From an uncultured Lachnospiraceae bacterium (GTDB lineage: Bacteria > Bacillota > Clostridia > Lachnospirales > Lachnospiraceae), in contig CAMULB010000001.1 of the NCBI GenBank assembly GCA_947089585.1, positions 440 through 64,439 on the forward strand: a DNA stretch of 64,000 bases. The letters are read 5' to 3'. Position numbers and translations under genes: made by a program. Shown in pieces: positions 9,930-18,687 of this stretch (positions within the stretch are counted from its first letter, which is position 1; each line of letters begins with the position of its first letter). The notes under the pieces are model-generated. The model was not told the DNA's origin. It saw only the letters and a list, made by a program, of their open reading frames with translations, and made no database searches.

Positions 9930-12299
9930 TCATTTCAGACGCAGACTAGAATTTGCAGTCTGCTTTTTCTCCACGCTCCATACATACCGCGCTCTGTCCG
10001 GCTGCCAGATCATGCCGATCTGATCCAGCTTCTTTTTACGTTCCGTCTGCAGGGCGCCGTTTTTATACGCTTCTCTCTGACGACGAATCCATTTTCCCAG
10101 ATAAGCACCATTGTCTGTGATATAGGACACTGGCACATTCAAATTGCCATGCCGCTGATAATACGCGCAGGCCAGGGCATAGACGCCATCCCAGGCCGCA
10201 CTGCGTTTTGGCTGCCAGATCATGCCGATTTGGTTTAGCCTTTCCGTCTGTTCTGCCGTCAAAGCCGTACCTCGATAGCTTTTTGACGACGGTTTTAACT
10301 CAAGCTTCTCCTGTTTTGGCTGCGCTGCCAAACCTTGTCGCGTCTCAGGCTTCTCCTGTTTTGGCTGCGCTGCCAAACCTTGTCGCGTCTCAGGCTTCTG
10401 CTTGGTTGTGCAGGGGCCAAGCATCCGCATTTTGTGAATCCAGCTTCCCAGACGAACGCCGTCCGCGTTCACATAGCCGCTTGGCACGTTGAGATTTCCA
10501 AACGCTCGGTAATACGCTTCTGCCGCCTTAAAATTCTGTTCCCACAGATAAGCTGGAACATCCCACACCATACCGATGCCGTCAAGCGCATCGATTTTCT
10601 CTTGTGTCAACGTGAGACCGGTCGCCGGCAGAATCATGCAGTCAGACTCTGGCAAACAGTATACTGCATTTTCATCGCTGTCATTTCTGCCATCTTCTTT
10701 CACATCTCTCAGACCACTCTTTCTCGCCGTTCGCAGCTGCGTGATCCAACGCCCCAGAGCCATCCCGTTTACTTCCTCGCGCGCCGGCACAAGAAGATTT
10801 CCATGCTGTTGGTAATAACGCTTTGCTTCCGTATAATATTTCTCCCAGGCTGCTTCTCGTGCGTCCCGCCAACGCATGCCGATCGCTTCCAGCCGTTCTA
10901 CCTGTGTCTGGGTCAGTATTCCACTTGTTTTGCAGTGGTACACCTTTCGCTGGGTATTCAGCCACTGGCCCAGCGACAACCCCTCCGGCGTTACGTAGCG
11001 TTTTGGAATCTCAAGGCTTCCCTTTTCCCGGTAATAGCGTTCTGCCGCCGCGTACATCAAATCCCAGGACGCGGACAAGGTTCCTTCTAACTGCTGAAAG
11101 AGACGGATACAGTCGCACGTTTCATCCATCACATAAAACTGATCGTTGACAATCTCCGCTTCTCTTCCCTGACGGCGATACGCTTCGACCGCTGCACGCA
11201 TTTCTTCCTCCACTGTACCGATACTGCAGAGGTTCTCAACGTTTTGCACCACATCAAAAATGACGGCATTCTTTTTCTTTCCGGCAGACAATGCCCGGCC
11301 AATCTGCTGCTTGTAGATGATCGGGGAAACGGTCGGGCGCAGCAGAATTACCCCGCTGATGTTCTCTACATGGATTCCCTCATTGAGCATATCAATACAG
11401 AACAACAGCTTTAAATGCCTGCTTGCATCTGCTTTAAAATCGGCGAATTCTTTACTTGTGTCTGGTTCCTCGGAGTAGACAGAGTACACATGCGGCTCCT
11501 TATCGACCTTGGCGAACCATTCCCCTGATTTGGCAATCATCTCCTGCATATGGTCATAATCCGCGCAGAATACCAGATACTTTCCTGTCCGTTCTGTCAT
11601 ATACCTGTCAAAAATCTGATCTAATCCTTCGGCCTGTGCCAGCGCCCGCCGCAGCGCCTCCAGCTCCTGCTGGGCCGCGGCCCGCACTGCCTGACTCCTG
11701 GCGTTACGAACCCTGGCTTCATACTGCTTTAAATTCTTCTGATACGAAAAAACAGAAAGCACATACTTTGGCGGGCTTAAAATGCCGCGCACAATTGCTT
11801 CTCCTAAGGTCATCTGGGAAGCAATTTTTCCGTCAAATAGTTCATCTGCCATATCGCGCTGATTGTCGAGGTAGCGAATGTTGGTCGCAGACAACCCCAA
11901 AAGTGGATTTTTCGGGAAAAACGCTAACAGTCGCGTCACACCCCGCCCCCACATCGCGGCCCCGCAACGATGAAACTCGTCTAAAACAATGTAATCCGGC
12001 TCAATTTTTCTTAACTCGTCTTCTTCCATCAGCATCAATTTTGCATACGTAAGAAAACGAATATTGCTGCACCTGCTGCCGCCAGACCGCAGCCAATTCT
12101 CCTGCTGTGTGTGAAAAATATATTCCGAGGGGGAGAGCCAGCAAATCGTCTGCTGTGGATGTTCCGCGCAAAGCTGAAAGGCAATGAAGGACTTTCCGGT
12201 GCCGGTAGGATGAATCACAGCGGCTTTCCCATCGCGCTGCATCAAACGGCAGGCAGCCTCGTATGCCGCGCGGTTGTGTTCGTACAGCAGCATCCCCAT
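9930..12299 (-). CDS. SF2 (DEAH-like) helicase fused to multiple helicase-associated (HA) domains
   Basis: HPTGTGKS (Walker A) and VLDEFHRCG (DEFH box). The C-terminal half holds about 6 repeats of the W..Y..A..Y....G.L.VP......G..LG.W pattern. The start MGMLLYE at 12299 has a GGGAGGG RBS; the track ORF extends to 12344. Confidence 0.8.
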   Translation of the reverse strand: MGMLLYEHNRAAYEAACRLMQRDGKAAVIHPTGTGKSFIAFQLCAEHPQQTICWLSPSEYIFHTQQENWLRSGGSRCSNIRFLTYAKLMLMEEDELRKIEPDYIVLDEFHRCGAAMWGRGVTRLLAFFPKNPLLGLSATNIRYLDNQRDMADELFDGKIASQMTLGEAIVRGILSPPKYVLSVFSYQKNLKQYEARVRNARSQAVRAAAQQELEALRRALAQAEGLDQIFDRYMTERTGKYLVFCADYDHMQEMIAKSGEWFAKVDKEPHVYSVYSEEPDTSKEFADFKADASRHLKLLFCIDMLNEGIHVENISGVILLRPTVSPIIYKQQIGRALSAGKKKNAVIFDVVQNVENLCSIGTVEEEMRAAVEAYRRQGREAEIVNDQFYVMDETCDCIRLFQQLEGTLSASWDLMYAAAERYYREKGSLEIPKRYVTPEGLSLGQWLNTQRKVYHCKTSGILTQTQVERLEAIGMRWRDAREAAWEKYYTEAKRYYQQHGNLLVPAREEVNGMALGRWITQLRTARKSGLRDVKEDGRNDSDENAVYCLPESDCMILPATGLTLTQEKIDALDGIGMVWDVPAYLWEQNFKAAEAYYRAFGNLNVPSGYVNADGVRLGSWIHKMRMLGPCTTKQKPETRQGLAAQPKQEKPETRQGLAAQPKQEKLELKPSSKSYRGTALTAEQTERLNQIGMIWQPKRSAAWDGVYALACAYYQRHGNLNVPVSYITDNGAYLGKWIRRQREAYKNGALQTERKKKLDQIGMIWQPDRARYVWSVEKKQTANSSLRLK
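10304..10393. repeat. Perfect 45-bp tandem duplication inside the helicase CDS
   Basis: The unit gcttctcctgttttggctgcgctgccaaaccttgtcgcgtctcag occurs twice back to back, followed by a partial third start. It encodes PETRQGLAAQPKQEK twice, in frame. Confidence 0.95.
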
Positions 12300-12322
12300 G
12301 AAATGTCCCTCCCTTCGGAAAT

Positions 12323-12344
12323 GTAATGAAGGATAACACTTCAT
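12323..12344. repeat. Left arm of a perfect 22-bp inverted repeat
   Basis: gtaatgaaggataacacttcat, the exact reverse complement of 12678-12699. It lies in the helicase 5' leader, 24 nt upstream of the ATG. Confidence 0.95.
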
Positions 12345-12599
12345 GATAAAGAATACAAAATCCCATGTTTTATCAGGAGTTCTGCGCCTCTAGGACTATA
12401 AAATTGACTGCGAATGGATCCCGAAAAAAATCAAAGACGTGTGTCCCATCCGTAATTTGGCTTTATTTCAGGTGAGTAATTGACGACGATTTGACGATGA
12501 AAAAAGAGTTTTCATTTAGATTTGTAACAAAATAGCCAGTTCAAGGTCATCTTTTGCCCCAGATACCAGGGACTGCCATTCAAAATGGCCGATGCACCC

Positions 12600-12628
12600 T
12601 TGACAAACCACAAGTAAAATGATATAAA
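12600..12628 (+). promoter_or_regulatory. Near-consensus sigma-A promoter facing the + strand (no + strand gene downstream)
   Basis: TTGACA (12600-12605), a 17-nt spacer ending in TGa, then TATAAA (12623-12628). Confidence 0.6.
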
Positions 12629-12674
12629 TAAAAGCGTTAAGAGAGAATTTTAAGAATATTTTTCATTTTTTCAG

Positions 12675-12706
12675 GTAATGAAGTGTTATCCTTCATTACT
12701 TTTTTT
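12675..12706 (+). terminator. Right arm of the 22-bp inverted repeat; forms a hairpin plus T7 on the + strand
   Basis: Stem gtaatgaag / cttcattac (9 bp) with a 7-nt loop, followed by ttttttt (12700-12706). The inverted-repeat arm itself is 12678-12699. Confidence 0.65.
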
Positions 12707-12720
12707 CATGCTCTTTTCCA

Positions 12721-12764
12721 TAAAAACAGCACTCGCAACGCCTGAATCTGCGTAACAAGTGCTG
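12721..12764 (-). terminator. Rho-independent terminator of murF
   Basis: On the minus strand, cagcact...agtgctg forms the outer stem with an inner acgc/gcgt pairing, followed by TTTTT. It begins about 27 nt after the murF stop. Confidence 0.6.
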
Positions 12765-12790
12765 TATGATTCTCGTTAGACGGTTCTTTT

Positions 12791-14188
12791 TTAAGCACCT
12801 TCCAACAGCTGTACTACCTGCGAAAACTCCATAAAATGAGACGCCTTGACCAGAACGGTATCTCCTTCTTTGACCATCCCCTGCAGCTGCAGCAGCATCT
12901 CTTCTCTCGTCAAATACGAATAAATCTGAGTTTTCGCTTCCATCGGCGCCTGCTGCAAATACTCCCTCGCACCACGCGCTATCTCCTGTGACAGCGTTCC
13001 GACGCAGAAGAGCACATCTACACCTGCTTTCGCCGCATAAGTCCCGACCTCATAATGCAGCTGCTTCTCCTGTTCACCGAGCTCTCCCATATCGCCCAAT
13101 ACGGCAATCTTCCGTCCCTTGGCGCTCTTTAGCACATCCAGGGATGCTTTCATCGACATCGGATTGGCATTGTAGCAATCGTCGATGATCAGCAGACCGT
13201 TTGCTTCGATCAAATTGGTGCGGCCCTGAATCGTCCTTGCATTGGCCAGACCCTGACGAATCTCTTCCAGGGACAGGCCCAGCGCAAGGCCCACACCAGC
13301 CGCCGCCATGGCATTATAGAGGCTATGATGACCGGGAATCGGAATGGTTGTTTCAATTGAGCCCTTCGGCGTGTGCAGCATGGCACGGCTGCCCAAAAGC
13401 CCCCTATTTTCTGCCTGGTCAACAGAAATATCGTATGGCCCGATGCCGTAAAAAATGGGCTTTGTCTCTCCTGTCTGTTGGATGCCAGCCAGCTTATCAT
13501 CATCTCCGTTTAAAAATACGGACGCGCCCGCGGCAAGATGGTCGAACACCTCCGTCTTGGCCCGCAAAACACCGTCCCGATCGCCCAGATTCTCCAAGTG
13601 ACAGGTGCCGATATTGGTAATTACACAAAGGTCAGGCTTAGCGATTGCTCCTAAACGATGCATTTCTCCAAATTCGGAAATCCCCATCTCTACCACCGCC
13701 ACCTGATGCTCCTTCTGAATCTGCAGAATCGTCAGCGGCAGCCCGATTTCATTGTTGAAATTGCCGGCGGTCTTTAAGACACGATATTTGACGGAAAGCA
13801 CGGAAGCGATCATTTCCTTGGTGCTGGTCTTGCCGACGCTCCCCGTAATGCCGACGATTGGAATCGCAAGCCGGCTGCGGTAATAGGCCGCAATCTCTTT
13901 TAATGCCGTCAGACAGGACGATACGAGAATGTAGGGGTCCTTGCAGTCCGGCAGAGGATGCTCCGTCAAGGTCGCCAATGCCCCCCGCGCAAACACAGTC
14001 GGAATAAAGGTGTGTCCGTCCACTCGTTCCCCTTTAATCGGAATAAAAAGATCGTCTTTTTCTATTTTGCGGCTGTCAGATTGCGCTCCCGCAATCGAAA
14101 GTAATTTTTTCTCTTCCGCTCCTACATAAGTACCGCCGCAAGCTTCTGCAATTTGACCTAATGTCATATGTTCCATCATTTTGTTCAC
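12791..14188 (-). CDS. murF: UDP-N-acetylmuramoyl-tripeptide--D-alanyl-D-alanine ligase
   Basis: GITGSVGKTSTKEM P-loop and Mur ligase architecture; 465 aa. It lies downstream of ddl. Confidence 0.9.
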   Translation of the reverse strand: MNKMMEHMTLGQIAEACGGTYVGAEEKKLLSIAGAQSDSRKIEKDDLFIPIKGERVDGHTFIPTVFARGALATLTEHPLPDCKDPYILVSSCLTALKEIAAYYRSRLAIPIVGITGSVGKTSTKEMIASVLSVKYRVLKTAGNFNNEIGLPLTILQIQKEHQVAVVEMGISEFGEMHRLGAIAKPDLCVITNIGTCHLENLGDRDGVLRAKTEVFDHLAAGASVFLNGDDDKLAGIQQTGETKPIFYGIGPYDISVDQAENRGLLGSRAMLHTPKGSIETTIPIPGHHSLYNAMAAAGVGLALGLSLEEIRQGLANARTIQGRTNLIEANGLLIIDDCYNANPMSMKASLDVLKSAKGRKIAVLGDMGELGEQEKQLHYEVGTYAAKAGVDVLFCVGTLSQEIARGAREYLQQAPMEAKTQIYSYLTREEMLLQLQGMVKEGDTVLVKASHFMEFSQVVQLLEGA

Positions 14189-14261
14189 CCGTCCTTTCCG
14201 CCGGAAAATACTGTCCTTTTTTCATCAAAACGGCTTCTCCGACGCGCGCGCCCGCCGCCTG

Positions 14262-15317
14262 CTATTGTTGATATTTTGCCAGAGAAATCTCAATCAATTT
14301 TTCACACAACGACTCAAAGGTCAGTCCCACCGCCAAGGCTTCCTGGGGAAGCAAGCTGGTCGGTGTCATACCCGGCAGCGTATTGGCTTCCAGACAGAAC
14401 ATTTCTCCTCGATCGTTCAGCAAAAAGTCCATGCGGGAATAGGTGATTAATCCCAAAGCTCTCGCCACCTGCTCGGCATACGACTGCATTTGTTCGGCCA
14501 CATTCTCCGGCAGATCAGCCGGACAGGTCTCTACCGCCGCTCCGGCCTTGTATTTATTCTTGTAGTCATAAAATCCTTCTACCGGGGCAATCTCAATCAC
14601 TGGAAGCGCTCTTCCATCTAAGACACCGACTGAAAACTCGCGCCCGTCAATGTACTCCTCCACCAGAATCTCCGCTTCATAGCGAAATGCTTCTTCCAAA
14701 GCCGCTTGATATGCTTCCTGTGTGCGGACAATCGACACACCGATGCTGGAACCGCCGCTGCAGGGCTTTACCACACAGGGAAGCTTCAATCCTGTGTCCG
14801 CAAATGCGGCTAAAGCCTCTCCCCGCCGCAGAGAAATCCCGTTCGGCGTTGGAATCTGGTGGATGGCAAACAGCTTCTTAGCCAATGTCTTATTCATAGC
14901 CAGGGCGCTGCTCAAATAGTCGGTTCCAGTATATTTGATGCCAAACAGATCGAACGCGGCCTGAAGCTTGCCATTCTCACCATGCTCACCATGCAGTGCG
15001 AGAAATACCAGATCGGCCATACGGCACAGCTCAATGACATTGGGCCCGAACAGGCAATCCGACTGATCCTTACGGCTCCTTTTAATTGCATCCAAATCCG
15101 GAGCGGTCGTGGGAATCTCCGCTACCTCCACGCTGGCCTCCAGAGAACGTGCAAAGATTCCGTCCAAATCGACCGGCCCCTCCTCATATCCCATAAACAA
15201 ATCGAGCAAAATCACACGGTGCCCATTGCTCCGCAAAGCCTTACTTACCATATTTCCCGTTGAAAAAGAAACATCCCGTTCACTGCTTAAGCCCCCGGCT
15301 AATACTACGATATCCAT
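14262..15317 (-). CDS. ddl: D-alanine--D-alanine ligase
   Basis: ATP-grasp protein with VLAGGLSSERDVS, HGEHGENGKLQ and EANTLPGMT motifs. Confidence 0.9.
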   Translation of the reverse strand: MDIVVLAGGLSSERDVSFSTGNMVSKALRSNGHRVILLDLFMGYEEGPVDLDGIFARSLEASVEVAEIPTTAPDLDAIKRSRKDQSDCLFGPNVIELCRMADLVFLALHGEHGENGKLQAAFDLFGIKYTGTDYLSSALAMNKTLAKKLFAIHQIPTPNGISLRRGEALAAFADTGLKLPCVVKPCSGGSSIGVSIVRTQEAYQAALEEAFRYEAEILVEEYIDGREFSVGVLDGRALPVIEIAPVEGFYDYKNKYKAGAAVETCPADLPENVAEQMQSYAEQVARALGLITYSRMDFLLNDRGEMFCLEANTLPGMTPTSLLPQEALAVGLTFESLCEKLIEISLAKYQQ

Positions 15318-15481
15318 ACGATTACTCCTCTTTTTTTCTTCTCACACAATCGCAATTTTGTTATCCCTCCTATTTTCTTATATTTATAGAAAAAAGTCAA
15401 TGATTCATGATATAATATCTCATTAGACATGCTCTGGTTCACAAACAGCCAACCTGTATATCTTATGCTTTGAGGTGACTT

Positions 15482-16048
15482 ATGAGACAAGATTTTTATG
15501 AAGCTCTGGAAAATTCTCCGATTATCGCCGCTGCCAAGGATGCAGACGGCCTCAACCGCTGCCTGACCTGCGACAGTCCGGTCATATTTCTTTTGTTCGG
15601 CGACATCTGCAGTATTGGGGATCTGGTTCTTACCGCAAAAGAAGCCGGCAAAATGGTATTCGTGCACATCGACCTGGTACAGGGCCTAAGCGCTAAAGAA
15701 ATCGCGGTCGATTTTATCAAAAAATATACCCAGGCCGACGGGATCATCAGTACCAAACCGGCGCTGATCAAACGTGCCGGACAGTTGGGTCTTTGCAGCG
15801 TGCTGCGCTGCTTTGTCATCGACTCTCTTGCGCTGTCCTCCATTGAAAAACAACTGAAACAGGCCTCTCCCGATCTGATTGAGGTCCTCCCCGCGCCGAT
15901 GCCAAAAATTATCGCCCGCATCTGCAAGATGGTCTCCGTCCCCGTCATTGCGGGGGGCCTGATTTCGGACAAGGAGGATATCATGGCCATGCTCTCGGCC
16001 GGCGTTGTTTCCATCTCCTCCACCAGCCCGGATATCTGGTTTTTATAA
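15482..16048 (+). CDS. glpP: Glycerol-3-phosphate responsive antiterminator
   Basis: 188 aa with PIIAAAKD, VFVHIDLVQGL, DGIISTK, PDLIEVLPAPMPKII and IAGGLI, as in the GlpP family. An extended -10 (TGaTATAAT) lies about 70 nt upstream. Confidence 0.8.
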   Translation: MRQDFYEALENSPIIAAAKDADGLNRCLTCDSPVIFLLFGDICSIGDLVLTAKEAGKMVFVHIDLVQGLSAKEIAVDFIKKYTQADGIISTKPALIKRAGQLGLCSVLRCFVIDSLALSSIEKQLKQASPDLIEVLPAPMPKIIARICKMVSVPVIAGGLISDKEDIMAMLSAGVVSISSTSPDIWFL

Positions 16049-16113
16049 GCGTCACGCCTCTTTCCGCATATAGATGAACCATACTTCGTCTACGGGCCCC
16101 TTCTTTAAAATAC

Positions 16114-16190
16114 AAAAAGGCAGTAAGCAATGATAAGCCCCTTGTCTACTTAAGGGGAAGCATATCACAGCGACTGCCTTCTTTTTTCTT
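16114..16190. terminator. Bidirectional terminator-like structure between the convergent glpP and MATE genes
   Basis: Outer stem aaggcagt (16117-24) / actgcctt (16173-80) and inner hairpin cccctt/aagggg, with an A-run before and cttttttctt after. Confidence 0.5.
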
Positions 16191-16212
16191 ACAAAATTCA
16201 GCTTTTTGCTTT

Positions 16213-17568
16213 TTAAAAATCCAGCTTCTTCAGCACCTTTTTCAAGAGCACAGCGGATACAATGATCGCAGCCACCTCAGCGATTGGGAAGGAAAGCCAC
16301 ACCGCGTCCAGCTCTTTCGTCAAGGACAGCAAATAAGCCGCCGGCAGCAGTACAATCAGCTGACGGATTCCCGACATGATCAGGCTGTATACACTGTCGC
16401 CCACCGCCTGAAACAGCGAGCTGGCAATGATATTAAAGCCCGCGAGAACAAAGCAGCTGCACAAAATGCGCACCGCCGGAATTCCGATCGCCATCATACT
16501 TTCTGAGGCATCGAACATTTGAAGCAGAAAACCAGGCGCAACCTCCGCAAACAGCATGCCCAGCGTCATAATCACAGTCGCATAAACCATACTGTATTTC
16601 ATCGTCTGAATCATTCGCTCCCGCTTCCGAGCGCCGTAATTGTAAGCCACAATCGGCACCATTCCATTGCTCAAGCCAAAAATCGGCATAAAAACAATGC
16701 TCTGCAGCTTGAAATAAATCCCAAACACCGCCGTAGCCGTTGAGGTAAAGCCCATGAGAATTTTGTTCATCAAAAATACCATCACCGAACCGATGGACTG
16801 CATCAGAATCGCCGGAACACCGATCTTATAAATTTCCTTGATGATCGCCCCGTCAAACGTCATTTTCCGCGGACTTAGATGAATCTCGTGATTGACCCTG
16901 TGATTAAAATACAAGCCGAGCATCATGGCAATGATCTGGCCCGTCACTGTCGCCACCGCCGCGCCGGCAATCCCCATACGCGGAAATCCAAAATAGCCAA
17001 AAATCAAAATGGGATCAAGAATGATATTGATAATCGCCCCGGTTCCCTGCATCAGCATCGTATAAATCGTGCGGCCGGTAGACTGCAATAAACGCTCAAA
17101 ACACACCTGTAAAAATAATCCAAAGCTTAAGCAGCATACAATCCGCATATAACTGGAGCCATAGGCTACAATCTGCTTGTCCGTCGTCTGGATGGAAAAG
17201 AACAGCTTTGAGCAGAATATTCCAATCAGCAGAAATACCACATACGATAAAATGGACAGTAGCACGGCGATATTAGCCGTCTTGTCCGCCTCCTCCATGC
17301 GTTTTTCTCCCAAACGCTTCGATAAAATGGCATTCACACCCACACACGTACCAGTGGAGACCGCAATCATCACAGACTGAACCGGAAACACCAGCGAAAC
17401 GGCTGTCAAGGCATTCTCGTCGATTCGAGCCACAAAGATACTGTCCACCACATTATACAGCGCCTGAATCAGCATCGAAATAATCATCGGAATCGACATT
17501 GTAAGCAGAAGCCGATTGACTGGCATCACACCCATCTTATTTTCTTGTATCATCTCTTCTTTTTGCAT
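16213..17568 (-). CDS. MATE-family efflux transporter
   Basis: 451 aa, about 12 hydrophobic segments, and the typical MATE N-terminus (NRLLLTMSIPMIISMLIQALYNVVDSIFVARI). Confidence 0.9.
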   Translation of the reverse strand: MQKEEMIQENKMGVMPVNRLLLTMSIPMIISMLIQALYNVVDSIFVARIDENALTAVSLVFPVQSVMIAVSTGTCVGVNAILSKRLGEKRMEEADKTANIAVLLSILSYVVFLLIGIFCSKLFFSIQTTDKQIVAYGSSYMRIVCCLSFGLFLQVCFERLLQSTGRTIYTMLMQGTGAIINIILDPILIFGYFGFPRMGIAGAAVATVTGQIIAMMLGLYFNHRVNHEIHLSPRKMTFDGAIIKEIYKIGVPAILMQSIGSVMVFLMNKILMGFTSTATAVFGIYFKLQSIVFMPIFGLSNGMVPIVAYNYGARKRERMIQTMKYSMVYATVIMTLGMLFAEVAPGFLLQMFDASESMMAIGIPAVRILCSCFVLAGFNIIASSLFQAVGDSVYSLIMSGIRQLIVLLPAAYLLSLTKELDAVWLSFPIAEVAAIIVSAVLLKKVLKKLDF

Positions 17569-17657
17569 CTCCGTTCCTGTCTCCTTTCTCTGTTTTGCAA
17601 TTTCTTACCGCTCCCTGCCGGCGGTGTACACAGCCGCCGACAAACGCAGTAACGCCT

Positions 17658-17686
17658 ATTTTACTTTATTTTCCAAAGAAAGTCAA
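17658..17686 (-). promoter_or_regulatory. Candidate sigma-A promoter of the MATE gene
   Basis: On the minus strand: TTGACT, a 17-nt spacer, then TAAAAT. It lies about 90 nt upstream of the start codon. Confidence 0.45.
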
Positions 17687-17741
17687 ATGTTATGGAAACG
17701 CAAATGCTGATTCTTAATCGTACCTTTCGTGTGCACCGCGC

Positions 17742-17891
17742 ACCGTTCTCTACCGCACATTCACATGGCTCTGTTTTGTTCTCTACCTCCTGTTTCTCAT
17801 CGCTACATACCGTTCTCTACCGCACGTTTCTCATCGCTACATATCGTTCTCTACCACATGTATCATTGCAGTGAACCGTTCTCTATCGCAC
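17742..17891. repeat. Five phased copies (32-34 bp period) of a 17-bp motif accgttctctaccgcac
   Basis: Copies at 17742, 17775, 17809, 17843 and 17875. The last is the cbiK C-terminal coding sequence; the others are degenerate copies downstream of the stop. Confidence 0.85.
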
Positions 17892-18687
17892 GTTTCGCGT
17901 GCGCTACAAACAGATTCTGTATCATTGGTATTTCTCCCAGCCCCTTCAGAATGCACACCACCTCGCAGCCGTCTGCTTCAAATGCGGATTTCCAGGAATC
18001 CTCCCCGTCTCCCGCCATATCATGATTGGCATGATCTCCGGCGACAATCATCAAGGGCTGCAAGATTACCCTGGCGTAGCCTGCATCCTTCACTTTTTTT
18101 CTAAGCTGTGTTAAATTCGGCTCGGCCTCCACCGTACCGATCAGATAATTCCGATACCCACAATCAAAAAGCATCTGCTGCAGCTTCTCATACACGCAAT
18201 TAGCTTTGACCGTCGTCCCGTGGCCCATAAAGCAGATTGCCGTTTTCCCATCCTCATACTGCCCAGTCTGCTCTGTCAGAATCTGCACAATCTGACGAAA
18301 ATCTGCTTCTTCATCCAACAGCGGGCGCCCAACGGTCAGACGCTCAAAAGCCTGCTGCTCTTTTTGCACCTGCGCCAAAAGCTCCTGATACTCAATCCCG
18401 TCCATCATCAGCGTCGGCTGCAGAACCAGCTGCTTCACACCGTTCTCTTTGGCCCGCTCCAGCGCTTCCGCCAGACTGTCAATCGACAGATTTTCCTTTT
18501 TTTTGATGTTGGCAATCACCTTTTTGCTGGTAAAAGCCCGTCGAACCGACCAGTCGGGAAACGCCTGCTCCAAAGCATCTTCAATCGCTCCGATTGTCTG
18601 TCTGCGGTTCTTGGGATAGCTGGTGCCAAAGCTTACTGCCAGAAGCTCCTTTTCGCCGATCTCACCGCTGTTTCTTATATTCTCCAT
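17863..18687 (-). CDS. cbiK: Sirohydrochlorin cobaltochelatase (anaerobic, CbiK type)
   Basis: 274 aa with FMGHGT and VAGDHANHDMAGD motifs. Confidence 0.8.
   Translation of the reverse strand: MENIRNSGEIGEKELLAVSFGTSYPKNRRQTIGAIEDALEQAFPDWSVRRAFTSKKVIANIKKKENLSIDSLAEALERAKENGVKQLVLQPTLMMDGIEYQELLAQVQKEQQAFERLTVGRPLLDEEADFRQIVQILTEQTGQYEDGKTAICFMGHGTTVKANCVYEKLQQMLFDCGYRNYLIGTVEAEPNLTQLRKKVKDAGYARVILQPLMIVAGDHANHDMAGDGEDSWKSAFEADGCEVVCILKGLGEIPMIQNLFVAHAKRAIENGSLQ

Noticed and set aside
9941-9975. Hairpin gcagact/agtctgc followed by a T-run on the + strand, inside the helicase 3' end.
   Set aside because: There is no + strand gene to terminate. On the minus strand no U-tract follows, so it would not terminate helicase transcription. 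It is probably coincidental.
10208-12052. Several long + strand ORFs (for example 10335-11090 at 251 aa and 11456-12052 at 198 aa), antisense to the helicase gene.
   Set aside because: Their translations are low-complexity and Pro/Arg/Ser-rich with no recognisable motifs. They lie fully inside a strongly supported minus-strand helicase CDS, so they are typical antisense shadow ORFs.
15496-16023. 175-aa minus-strand ORF opposite glpP.
   Set aside because: The + strand frame matches the GlpP family along its entire length. The antisense frame has no motif or RBS.
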